A DNA stretch of 64,000 nt from Patescibacteria group bacterium (lineage in GTDB: Bacteria; Patescibacteriota; Patescibacteriia; 2-12-FULL-60-25): the NCBI GenBank assembly GCA_049295615.1, contig JBAQQZ010000070.1, positions 11,265 through 75,264 of the forward strand. The letters run 5' to 3'. This document shows, in pieces, positions 54,721 to 63,251 of this stretch. The number at the start of each line of letters is the position of its first letter. The first letter of the stretch is position 1. A model generated the notes under the pieces. It saw only the letters and a program-made list of their open reading frames with translations, ran no database searches and was not told the DNA's origin. The position numbers were made by a program, and so were the translations under genes.

Positions 54721-55350
54721 ATGCGCCTTTCCGTCGGCATTGATGAAGCGGGCCGTGGCTGTGTCATCGGCCCGATGGTGGTGGCTTGTGTCGCGGCGGA
54801 TGCGGCGGACCGGAAATGGTTTTGGGCGAACAATGTAAGAGACTCGAAAATCGTGCCGCCGGCACAGCGCGACATGCTGGCAAAAAAAATCATGGAACGG
54901 TGTTGGTTCCGTTTCACCGTCGTCAGCGCCCCGACGATCGATGCCGCCGTCCGCGACCGGTCACTGACGTTGAACGGACTGGAGCGCGACACGATGGCAG
55001 AGTTGTTGAAGGATTTCCGCAATGATCACGAAGACCGCGAAGCCCGAGCGCTCATCGATGCGCCCAGCATCAACGCGCAAGGATTCTTGGAGCAGCTCTA
55101 CGTTGCCAGCGGTTGGGATGACATGGCGACGCTCTATGCCAAACACGAAGCGGACCGCACGGACCGGACCGTGGCCGCCGCATCGATCATCGCAAAGTAC
55201 GAACGCGAGCGGCTAATCGCGAAACTCAGAAAAGACCTCGGCGTCGATTTTGGCTGCGGCTATTGCCATGACGAGAAGACAAAAGCGTATATGAAAACAG
55301 CGCCGAGGGGCGCTGTTCACGTGAGATGGAGTTGGAAGACGATGGCCTAG
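54721..55350 (+). CDS. rnhB: Ribonuclease HII
   Basis: MRLSVGIDEAGRGCVIGPMVVA...ADRTDRTVAAASIIAK. Confidence 0.88.
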   Translation: MRLSVGIDEAGRGCVIGPMVVACVAADAADRKWFWANNVRDSKIVPPAQRDMLAKKIMERCWFRFTVVSAPTIDAAVRDRSLTLNGLERDTMAELLKDFRNDHEDREARALIDAPSINAQGFLEQLYVASGWDDMATLYAKHEADRTDRTVAAASIIAKYERERLIAKLRKDLGVDFGCGYCHDEKTKAYMKTAPRGAVHVRWSWKTMA

Positions 55351-55751
55351 GCCCTCGTCTTGACCGCGGCGCGGCGCGGCGGCGGGATCGAGGCAGGCGG
55401 GACTGACGGAAGGTTCGGCAGGTGCGGGACACGCATGGAAACCGGCGGGGCGTCGCTCGTCGGACGCGGCGGGATCGAAAAGGTCGGGACCTGTTCGATG
55501 CGCTGGATCATGCCGGTCATCGTGAAGATGTCGATGCGATCGGTCGGGAACTTGAGGTACGTCCCGGTGGGAACGTGGCCGTCCACGTAGTCCTCCTCGA
55601 GGAGCTCGCACATCCTGTTGTCGACGGCGATGAACTTCTTCCCGCGGAAGGCGTGCTCTTTGATCTCGAGGCCGCTCAGGCCGAAGACCCTGGTGCAGTA
55701 GCCGTTGGCGATCGCGATGATCAGTTCCTGGGTGTGGTAATAAAAGTGCAT
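55347..55751 (-). CDS. Hypothetical protein with Pro-rich C-terminus
   Basis: GGAGGAGGAG SD upstream of the ATG (MHFYYHTQ). Promoter-like TTGCAA-17-TAGAAC upstream. Confidence 0.5.
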   Translation of the reverse strand: MHFYYHTQELIIAIANGYCTRVFGLSGLEIKEHAFRGKKFIAVDNRMCELLEEDYVDGHVPTGTYLKFPTDRIDIFTMTGMIQRIEQVPTFSIPPRPTSDAPPVSMRVPHLPNLPSVPPASIPPPRRAAVKTRA

Positions 55752-55804
55752 CGTCTCCTCCTCCGACGTTCTACAAGATTGGGGTTGGATTTGCAACACT
55801 CAGA

Positions 55805-56407
55805 CTACGGCCCCACCGTGACGGTGATCGTCTTGCCTTGTGCAACGAAACCCAGGAGCCGCGTGATCTCGTCCTTGGCGTTGTCGGATGCTTTCTGCAG
55901 CAAGTCCGGTTGGATGGCCGCCGCTTGCGCTTGTTTGGACAGTTCCGCCAGCGCTTCGTTGTAGCCATCATCGCTCTGCAAGATGCGTTTGAGGATGCCT
56001 TGGTCGTTCTGCACGTTCAGTGGGCCGACGAGGTCGGAGTTGAAGACCGTGGCCGGCGGAATGGTGATGGTGACGACATTGCCTTGGATCGAGATGTCAT
56101 CCGCCGTGAGTTTTGAGAGGTCGACGCCTTCGTTCACCTCCATCGCGCCGCGCGCGGTGATTTTTTGCCCGAAGAAAAAATCGCTGACCGCGCTGCCGGA
56201 AGTCTTGTCGATGGTGACCGGCTCGTCGAAGACATACGTTTCCGTCACGAGGAACCCGCGGTCCTTGAGCGCCGTCAGGATGACTTGCGCGCTGACTTGC
56301 GGGCCCGCAGCCGGCTTGGGATGGAAAAAGAACCATCCGGCATAGACGCCAACGCCGAAACTGACGGCGACGGCAGCAAGCATGGTGTAGATTTTCCAGG
56401 GTTTCAT
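55805..56407 (-). CDS. DUF4230-like membrane-anchored protein
   Basis: N-terminal TM and about 200 aa. Family assignment is from memory only. Confidence 0.4.
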   Translation of the reverse strand: MKPWKIYTMLAAVAVSFGVGVYAGWFFFHPKPAAGPQVSAQVILTALKDRGFLVTETYVFDEPVTIDKTSGSAVSDFFFGQKITARGAMEVNEGVDLSKLTADDISIQGNVVTITIPPATVFNSDLVGPLNVQNDQGILKRILQSDDGYNEALAELSKQAQAAAIQPDLLQKASDNAKDEITRLLGFVAQGKTITVTVGP

Positions 56408-56445
56408 ACGTTGCGACTATAGCACAACCCACTGACCGCACCGCA

Positions 56446-56490
56446 TTGACGAAATGGCGGAAATGCGGTACGCAGTCCGTATCCATTCTC
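56446..56490 (+). promoter_or_regulatory. Promoter/operator-like motif TTGACGAAATGGCGGAAATGC...CCATTCTC upstream of 56513..57484
   Basis: Shares a 20-nt block (18 of 20) and the CCATTCTC box with 59760-59789. Confidence 0.4.
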
Positions 56491-56512
56491 CAAAACACGA
56501 GGAGGTGAACGG

Positions 56513-57484
56513 ATGGATCACGTACTTTCCGAAGCAGCGACGAATATCATTTCGCCCGAGGCCGCCAAGGGGCTGCTGGGCGAGCTGATGGAAAAGGCGC
56601 TGACGACCATTTGCACGGCAGACGATTTCCTTGCCCACATCCCGCCGGCCAAGATCATGGCGGGACTCACGGACAAGCCCGAGTTGCGCAGCAACATCCT
56701 GCACACCTGCCTCAAGCTGCCCGAGACCACGGCGATCCTGATTTCGGCAGGCGCGGCGGCAGAGCTCCTGCAGGCCGCCCTGACGAGCAAGCAGACGGAA
56801 CCGGGCCAGGTCTGCCAATGCCTCCCGGCAGACATCCAAGTCGAATACTTGGAGTGGTCCGACCTGTGGGAATTGGTCATTGCCAAGGGCTGGTGGAACG
56901 CCAGCCCGACGTCCAAAGAAGGCCGTTCCGCCATTGAGTTCACGGCGCACGCCCTGCATGAGGCCGTGAACTTGAGCTGCTTGCCCTCTCACACCCTGCG
57001 GGACGGGATCGGGATCGAGCTGTTGTGCAGTTCGCTCGAGCGCACGCACCCGGAGCTCGTGAAGAAGGTCACGCGCGCGGCCCTCAAGGCTGGCGCGAGT
57101 GACACGCCGTTCACGGCCGAGGAGCTGTTCGACATCGTGAAGGCCAAGGACGTCGCCGAAAGCGTGCCGCTCGCGGACATCGTCGACGGCGTGCTGCGCC
57201 CGCTCGCCGACCGCTGCCGCTGGACGATGCCCGAAGACCGCGAAGAGCCGCCGACGCGCTTTGACCGTCCGCGGAGCTCTGCGCCCGCGGCAGACAAGCC
57301 GCCGTCCGAACCGCCCGGCCAGATCGTCGACGAAACGCCGGGCGTTCCTCCGCCGCCGTTGCCGCCGCGTCCCAGCCCGCCGCATATTGCGCGGACCATG
57401 CCGCCGCCGGCGCCGCCGTTCGAACACCACGAACCCCGCGACAGCTGGACGCCCGGCGGACCCACTGACAAGCCGCAAGGCTAA
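56513..57484 (+). CDS. Hypothetical protein with Pro-rich C-terminus
   Basis: GAGGAGG SD 7 nt upstream of the ATG. Balanced composition, unlike the Arg-rich antisense ORF. Confidence 0.5.
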   Translation: MDHVLSEAATNIISPEAAKGLLGELMEKALTTICTADDFLAHIPPAKIMAGLTDKPELRSNILHTCLKLPETTAILISAGAAAELLQAALTSKQTEPGQVCQCLPADIQVEYLEWSDLWELVIAKGWWNASPTSKEGRSAIEFTAHALHEAVNLSCLPSHTLRDGIGIELLCSSLERTHPELVKKVTRAALKAGASDTPFTAEELFDIVKAKDVAESVPLADIVDGVLRPLADRCRWTMPEDREEPPTRFDRPRSSAPAADKPPSEPPGQIVDETPGVPPPPLPPRPSPPHIARTMPPPAPPFEHHEPRDSWTPGGPTDKPQG

Positions 57485-57594
57485 CTCGCGCCGCACTGGC
57501 ACTCGCTCGCAGACCCATGCCCCTGGGTCTGCTTTCTTTTGTGAACTACACATGGTATCCAATTTCACGTACCGTACTTCCATTGAATTTCTAT

Positions 57595-57669
57595 AGGCCC
57601 GTAGCTCAGTGGTAGAGCGGTCGTCTTATACACGACTGGTCGCTGGTTCGATCCCAGCCGGGCCTACCA
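57595..57669 (+). tRNA. tRNA-Ile (anticodon TAT), ileX-like body
   Basis: AGGCCCGTAGCTCAGTGGTAGAGCGGTCGTCTTATACACGACTGGTCGCTGGTTCGATCCCAGCCGGGCCTACCA. Perfect 5-bp anticodon stem GTCGT/ACGAC, loop CTTATAC. Confidence 0.85.
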
Positions 57670-57714
57670 ACAAAAACCTTCCTGTCGGGAGGGTTTTTGT
57701 TTTATGATGGGAAA

Positions 57715-59106
57715 ATGACCCAACGCACCCTCCACATCGCCCTTGCCCTTTCAGTGTTTTCCTTAGCGCTCGGCTTCGCACCGGCTACGCACGCCGCGAC
57801 AGACGGCTCACTCATCAAAAGCAGCATGGACAGTTCCGTCTACTATGTCACAAGCGGAAAACGCTACGCCTTCCCAAACGAAAAAGTATTTTTCAGCTGG
57901 TACGCCGACTTTTCAGGCGTGGCGACCGTGAGCGGAGCCGAGCTCGCCTCGTATCCGCTCGCTGCAAACGTGACCTATCATCCAGGTTCGCGGCTCGTCA
58001 AAATCACAACTGACCCCAAAGTCTACGCGGTCTCGCAATATGGGACGTTGCGCTGGGTGACGACGGAACAAATTGCCGCCTCGCTCTACGGCAGCAGCTG
58101 GAATACGAAAGTCGATGACGTACCCGATGCGTTTTTCACGAACTACACCATCGGTGCGCCCATCGAAAATGCGTCGGACTATAACGTGAATGCCGAACTC
58201 GGCGTGACGACAATCGCGCAGGACCTCCAAGGCGTCACTACCCCTCCACCACCGCCATCGTCTTCATCAACAACGCCGACGATTTCCGATTGCCAAATTT
58301 TCCCGTCCGACAATCCTTGGAACCAAGACATCTCAAACCTGCCCGTCCGGTCGGATTCCGCGACGTTCATTTCTTCGATCGGGCTCACGGGACATTTGCA
58401 TCCTGACTTCGGTGAAGACCAAAGCTACGGCATCCCGTACAACGTCGTACCGGGGACGCAAGCCAAAGTCCCGATCACCTTTGATGCCTACGGCGATGAA
58501 AGCGACCCCGGCCCGTATCCGATCCCGGCTGACGCCAAGGTCGAAGCAGATGGCGATTCGCACGTCCTCGTCCTCGATTCCGGCGAATGCAAACTCTACG
58601 AGATGTATGATGCGCGCAAGAATACGAGCGACAACGGCTGGACGGCGGAAGCCGGTGCCATTTGGGATTTGAAATCGAACGCGTTGCGGCCCGTCGGTTG
58701 GACCTCGGTCGATGCTGCCGGCTTGCCGATCTTGCCGGGACTCGTGCGCGTGGACGAAGTCTTGTCTGGCCACGTTGACCACGCCATCCGCTTCACGGCG
58801 TCTAAGACGCAAAGCGCCTACATCTTGCCAGCAACGCACTTCGCCGGTTCGGATGATGCCTCACTCCCTCCGATGGGTTTGCGCGTGCGCCTCAAAGCCG
58901 ACTATGACATTTCAGGGCTGACCGGCCAAGCCAAAGTCATCGCCCAAGCCATGAAAACCTACGGCATGATCTTGGCGGATAATGGTTCCAACTGGTATTT
59001 CCAAGGCGCTACGGACCCGCGCTGGAATGATGACGAGCTGAACGAACTCAAGACGATCCCCGGCTCGGCGTTCGAAGCGGTGGACACGGGGCCGATCGTG
59101 AAATGA
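57715..59106 (+). CDS. Secreted protein: shared ~110-aa N-terminal module plus a conserved-looking C-terminal catalytic-like domain
   Basis: Signal peptide (LALSVFSLALGFAPATHA). N-module paralogous to 62412-62744. C-domain not recognised. Confidence 0.55.
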   Translation: MTQRTLHIALALSVFSLALGFAPATHAATDGSLIKSSMDSSVYYVTSGKRYAFPNEKVFFSWYADFSGVATVSGAELASYPLAANVTYHPGSRLVKITTDPKVYAVSQYGTLRWVTTEQIAASLYGSSWNTKVDDVPDAFFTNYTIGAPIENASDYNVNAELGVTTIAQDLQGVTTPPPPPSSSSTTPTISDCQIFPSDNPWNQDISNLPVRSDSATFISSIGLTGHLHPDFGEDQSYGIPYNVVPGTQAKVPITFDAYGDESDPGPYPIPADAKVEADGDSHVLVLDSGECKLYEMYDARKNTSDNGWTAEAGAIWDLKSNALRPVGWTSVDAAGLPILPGLVRVDEVLSGHVDHAIRFTASKTQSAYILPATHFAGSDDASLPPMGLRVRLKADYDISGLTGQAKVIAQAMKTYGMILADNGSNWYFQGATDPRWNDDELNELKTIPGSAFEAVDTGPIVK

Positions 59107-59153
59107 TGGCTTGATTTAGAATCCATCCCTTGCTACGTTGTAGCCTCACACCT

Positions 59154-59699
59154 ATGAAAGGCATCAACCTCTACCACGAGATCCCGGCCGGCGACGCCGA
59201 GGCGTTCCATGTCGTCGTGGACTTGCCCAAAGGCTCGTCCAACAAGTTTGAGTACGACGAGGAAGGCGGCTACTTCAAGCTCGACCGCGTCTTGCATTCG
59301 CAAATGTTCTACCCGTTCGACTACGGTTTCATCCCGCAGACGCATTCGGACGACGGAGATGCGATCGACGTCTGCTTGCTCGTGACCTACCCAACGTTCT
59401 CCGGTTGCGTGGTGAAAGCCCGGACAATCGGCATGATCAAGACGGCGGACGAAAAAGGCGGCGACAACAAGATCATTGCCGTGCCGGTCTCGAAGGTTGA
59501 CCCGCGTTTTGACGAGATCAAGACGATCGAGGATTTGCCGGCGCATTTCCGCGAAGAACTCCTGATCCATTTCAAGGAAATCAAAAAACTGGAAAAAGCG
59601 AAATACGACAAAGTGGTGATCAACGGCTTTGGGACGGTTGACGAGGCCAAGACTGAAATCGTGAGGGCGATGGACGCATACAAGGCAAAACACGCCTAA
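59154..59699 (+). CDS. ppa: Inorganic pyrophosphatase (family I)
   Basis: VVVDLPKGSSNKFEYDEEGG...YPFDYGFIPQTHSDDGDAIDV. Confidence 0.92.
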   Translation: MKGINLYHEIPAGDAEAFHVVVDLPKGSSNKFEYDEEGGYFKLDRVLHSQMFYPFDYGFIPQTHSDDGDAIDVCLLVTYPTFSGCVVKARTIGMIKTADEKGGDNKIIAVPVSKVDPRFDEIKTIEDLPAHFREELLIHFKEIKKLEKAKYDKVVINGFGTVDEAKTEIVRAMDAYKAKHA

Positions 59700-59759
59700 A
59701 AAAGAGTCGCCTGCTCCTGAAAATCCCGCCATGCGGGATTTTCTGTTCGGCGGCGAGAG

Positions 59760-59789
59760 TTGACAAGATGGCGGAAATGCCCCATTCTC
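59760..59789 (+). promoter_or_regulatory. Promoter-like TTGACA-17 nt-CATTCT whose spacer matches the one at 56446
   Basis: TTGACAAGATGGCGGAAATGCCCCATTCTC, about 30 nt upstream of the AAGGAGG SD of 59818..60336. Confidence 0.45.
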
Positions 59790-59817
59790 TTGGCGCACCT
59801 ACAAAAGGAGGTTCCTG

Positions 59818-60336
59818 ATGCAGCCTGAAGGATATGCCGACAAGCTGTCGCCCATCCACACTCAACGCTTCGACGTGTTTGACGCGACCGCACCGCTGTT
59901 CGTCGCGACCTTGCGCCCGTTGGCAAAAACGGCACCGACGCTCTTGGACGACCACCTGCTCACCGAACCGTTGTTCGCAACGCTCATGGTCAATCCAGGA
60001 GCATTCCGCACGATCCAGGCGGACGTGCCCAACCCGCGCACGATCAGTGACCGTGCGCTCCTGGAATGCATCCGGCTGACACACTGGTTCTGGAGCAAGC
60101 ATCCTGAACGGGCGATTTTCCTCGAACGGTACGACAAGGGCTACACGAAGAAGGCGCCAGAGCCGCTGTGGCCGATCATCGAGGACGCGCTGCGTTACCT
60201 CTATCCCACGCTGGGGCCGAAGATCCACTTGCCACGTGACCTGCATCGCGTCAAGGCACTCCGGAACAATGACGTCCGTGCCTACCTGGCGACGCTCGCC
60301 TGCCTCATCATCATCGCGACACGTCGCGCTGACTGA
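59818..60336 (+). CDS. Hypothetical protein
   Basis: AAGGAGG SD and ATG start. No motif recognised. Confidence 0.5.
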   Translation: MQPEGYADKLSPIHTQRFDVFDATAPLFVATLRPLAKTAPTLLDDHLLTEPLFATLMVNPGAFRTIQADVPNPRTISDRALLECIRLTHWFWSKHPERAIFLERYDKGYTKKAPEPLWPIIEDALRYLYPTLGPKIHLPRDLHRVKALRNNDVRAYLATLACLIIIATRRAD

Positions 60337-60383
60337 CCCGAACCCCGCCGGACTTCCGTGCGGGGTTCTGCATTTTTGCTATC

Positions 60384-61334
60384 ATGCCACATATGAAACA
60401 CACCTGGACCGTCCCTGAACTCCCCCTCCGCAAACGGCTGGATATTTTCTTGTCGGAGGAACTGCCGGACATGACGCGCAGCCACATCGCCAAACTCCTA
60501 AAGAAAGGCGCGGGCAAAGTGAACGGCAAGCCGGCCAGCGTGCATGAATTTTTGAAAGAAGGTGACAAGGTGGAGTTTAGCGACGTCGAAGCCAAAAAAG
60601 AGGAGCCTGCCGCCCGTAAGAAGCGGCAAGGCCACCTGCCGCCGCTCAAGATCATCGACGAGACGGATGACTGGATCGTGATCAACAAACCGAATGGTTT
60701 ACTCGTCCATCCCGACGCCAAAGAAGTGCAGGAAGTGACGCTCGTTGATGCACTGCTTGCGCATGACCCAAAGATCGTGAAGATCGGCGAAGACCCGTCG
60801 CGTCCTGGCATCATGCACCGCCTCGACAAGGAAGCGAGCGGTTTGATGGTGATCGCCAAGTCGCAAATGGCGTATGACGATTTAAAAAAACAATTCGCCG
60901 AGCACTCGGTCGAGAAACGCTACATCGCGCTTGTCTACGGCTCGGTCGCCGAAGAAGAAGGCGAGATCCGCTTCCGCATCGCGCACTCCAAGACCAAGCA
61001 ACGCATGGCCGCACGGCCGGAACACGAGGACACGGGGAAAGCGGCCTGGACACACTACAAAAAAATCAAACAGCTGAACCACGCCACATTACTTGAGCTC
61101 GACATTTTCTCCGGGCGCACACACCAGATCCGCGCGCACTTGCTCGCCTTTAGCCACCCAATCATCGGCGACCCGCTGTATTTCCGGAAGTCGGAAGACC
61201 GCAACATCAAGGCGCCGCGCCTGATGCTGCAATGCATCCACCTGTCGTTCAAGGACCCAAAGACGGGGACGCAAAAAAGCTACGACCTCCCACCAGAAAA
61301 AGAATTCGACGAACTCATGAAAAAAATCTCCTAA
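60384..61334 (+). CDS. rluD: Pseudouridine synthase, RluA/RluD family, with N-terminal S4 domain
   Basis: HRLDKEASGLMVIAKS catalytic Asp motif. GRTHQIRAH. Confidence 0.88.
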   Translation: MPHMKHTWTVPELPLRKRLDIFLSEELPDMTRSHIAKLLKKGAGKVNGKPASVHEFLKEGDKVEFSDVEAKKEEPAARKKRQGHLPPLKIIDETDDWIVINKPNGLLVHPDAKEVQEVTLVDALLAHDPKIVKIGEDPSRPGIMHRLDKEASGLMVIAKSQMAYDDLKKQFAEHSVEKRYIALVYGSVAEEEGEIRFRIAHSKTKQRMAARPEHEDTGKAAWTHYKKIKQLNHATLLELDIFSGRTHQIRAHLLAFSHPIIGDPLYFRKSEDRNIKAPRLMLQCIHLSFKDPKTGTQKSYDLPPEKEFDELMKKIS

Positions 61335-61347
61335 GAGAAAATTTTCT

Positions 61348-61908
61348 ATGATCATCTCGATTTCAGGCGTGCCTGGTTCCGGCAAGACGAGCGTCGGCAA
61401 GATCCTGGCACAAAAACTCGGCTACAACTTCTATTCTGTTGGTGGCTTGCGGGGCAAGATGGCGGAAGAGCGCGGCCTGTCGATTGATGAACTGAACACG
61501 CTCGGCGAGCAGGATGCCACGACCGATACGTCGGTCGACGACTACCAACGCGAGCTCGGCACAAAAGAAGACAACTTCGTGATCGAAGGCCGCCTCTCGT
61601 GGCACTTCATCCCCAACTCGTTCAAGATCTTTTTGGACTGCGACGCCAAAGAAGCCGCGCGCCGGATTTTTGAAGGGCAACGCGCATCGGCGGGCAAAGA
61701 ACGCGGCGACGAGCAGGTCTACGCAACTGTCGAAGAAGCCCAAAAAATCATCGAAGAACGCGTCGCCTCGGACGTGCGGAGATACAAAAAGTACTACCAA
61801 CTCGACTACCGTTCCCCCGAGCATTTTGACCTCGTCTTTGATACGACCCAGATGCAAGGCCCAGAAGAGACAGCGGACAAGCTTTTGGCCGCCCTGCCCA
61901 AACCTTGA
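61348..61908 (+). CDS. cmk: Cytidylate kinase, archaeal-type (short form)
   Basis: MIISISGVPGSGKTSVGKILAQKLGYNFYSVG P-loop and overall pattern. Confidence 0.7.
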   Translation: MIISISGVPGSGKTSVGKILAQKLGYNFYSVGGLRGKMAEERGLSIDELNTLGEQDATTDTSVDDYQRELGTKEDNFVIEGRLSWHFIPNSFKIFLDCDAKEAARRIFEGQRASAGKERGDEQVYATVEEAQKIIEERVASDVRRYKKYYQLDYRSPEHFDLVFDTTQMQGPEETADKLLAALPKP

Positions 61909-61950
61909 CGGATTCCTAGGAATCGACTATTCTTTCGCCACATCAAACGT

Positions 61951-62301
61951 ATGGCCGAAACCGCAAAATACCAGGCTCTTGAGCCCAAGGACGTCACGAG
62001 TGGCATGCAGATCCGCGTGCACCAGAAGATCAAGGAACTCTCCTCCAAAGGTGAGGAAAAAGAGCGTATCCAGGTGTACGAAGGCATGGTGCTGAACGTG
62101 CGCGGCGGTGGCGTCTCCCGCACCATGACGGTCCGCAAAATGTCGGACGGCATCGGCGTGGAGCGCATTTTCCCCATCAACTCCCCCATCATCGCCAAAC
62201 TCGAACTGGTCCGCCAGTTCAAGACCCGCCGCAAAGTCCTCTCCTACACACGCGACTTCAAGCGCCGCATGAAGGAAGTGAAAAAGGCGAAGACGGCGTA
62301 A
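61951..62301 (+). CDS. rplS: 50S ribosomal protein L19
   Basis: [41 protein letters not shown]. Confidence 0.93.
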   Translation: MAETAKYQALEPKDVTSGMQIRVHQKIKELSSKGEEKERIQVYEGMVLNVRGGGVSRTMTVRKMSDGIGVERIFPINSPIIAKLELVRQFKTRRKVLSYTRDFKRRMKEVKKAKTA

Positions 62302-62302
62302 G

Positions 62303-62332
62303 AAAAAAACGGGCCACGGCCCGTTTTTTTTT
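62303..62332. terminator. Bidirectional intrinsic terminator between rplS and the convergent secreted-protein gene
   Basis: aaaaaaacgggcc-acg-gcccgttttttttt. Confidence 0.7.
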
Positions 62333-63203
62333 ATTGCCCCAACCCCTTATCTGCATCAATCGTCCCATCCCCCGTCGTGATGACGTCGAGCGGCGCATCA
62401 AGCGAGCTCGCGATCGGGTTGCCAAACGTATAGTTCACGTAAAACGCCTCGCTGATGTCGTCGACTTTGGTGTTCCAGTCGTCGCCGAACAACCCCTTGG
62501 CGACATCCTCCGATTGCACCCAGCGCAGGACGCCGTGCTTGGTCGGCAAATAGGTCTTGGTGTCCGTTTGGAATTTCACGAGCTTTGACCCAGCTTTATA
62601 CGTGACGTTGCCCGCGATCGGGATCAAACCCATTTGGTCGATCGGGAGGACCTGTACCTTCGAAAAATCCGGATACCAGGTGTAATAGACTTTCTCATTA
62701 GGGAAGACATACCGGCGGCCGTCAGCGCCGTAATAATAGACGGCCGTATCGCTCAAGGTCGACGCGTCGTTATCGTCCGGGATCTTGATGAGGTCGCCGT
62801 CGTGCAAGGGAAAAGACAACCCGCCGGAATACGTGACCGTGACAGTGCGTTGCAAGGTGACGCCGTTGACCATCGCCGTGAAGGTCGCCGCGCCATCTTT
62901 CAACGAAAAAATCCGGAAGTAGGCGGCACCGAGGCTGTCCGTCGTGCCGCTCTCGACACGGATCTCGTCCTGCGACCCGCGCGAAGACGTCAGCGTAACC
63001 GTTTGGCCGGACATCTCCGCGAGGTTCGTGTCACGGACCGTCACCGTGATGCGCGCGTTGTCGATGCCATTCGCCGAAAGCGCCGTATTGTCGACCGACA
63101 TGCGAGAGTTGACTGGATCCACAGGAGCCGCCGTCGCCGCATGCGAAGCGAACGGCACGAGGGCGAAACTAGCGGCAGCGACCAAGGCAAAAAAGCGTTT
63201 CAT
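62331..63203 (-). CDS. Secreted protein: bacterial Ig-like (Big_1-like) domain plus the shared ~110-aa C-terminal module
   Basis: Signal peptide MKRFFALVAAASFALVPFASHA. ARITVTVRDTN...TVTLTSSRG Ig-like segment. Module paralogous to 57835-58164. Confidence 0.55.
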   Translation of the reverse strand: MKRFFALVAAASFALVPFASHAATAAPVDPVNSRMSVDNTALSANGIDNARITVTVRDTNLAEMSGQTVTLTSSRGSQDEIRVESGTTDSLGAAYFRIFSLKDGAATFTAMVNGVTLQRTVTVTYSGGLSFPLHDGDLIKIPDDNDASTLSDTAVYYYGADGRRYVFPNEKVYYTWYPDFSKVQVLPIDQMGLIPIAGNVTYKAGSKLVKFQTDTKTYLPTKHGVLRWVQSEDVAKGLFGDDWNTKVDDISEAFYVNYTFGNPIASSLDAPLDVITTGDGTIDADKGLGQ

Positions 63204-63251
63204 ATTGGCGTAGGATAACAAAAACCCTCCGGTTTGGGGAGGGCTTCTTTG

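Noticed and set aside
53985-55022. Full 345-aa minus-strand ORF as a single gene
   Set aside because: Its N-terminal two-thirds are Arg/Ser-rich and overlap the DUF1059 gene and the rnhB start on other frames. Only the C-terminal 132 codons (HELAHH domain, ATG at 54381-83) look coding.
56417-57583. 388-aa minus-strand ORF opposite 56513..57484
   Set aside because: It is an Arg-rich (RRRRR runs) antisense shadow. The plus-strand ORF has a GAGGAGG SD and a balanced composition. Confidence in the plus-strand call is still only moderate.
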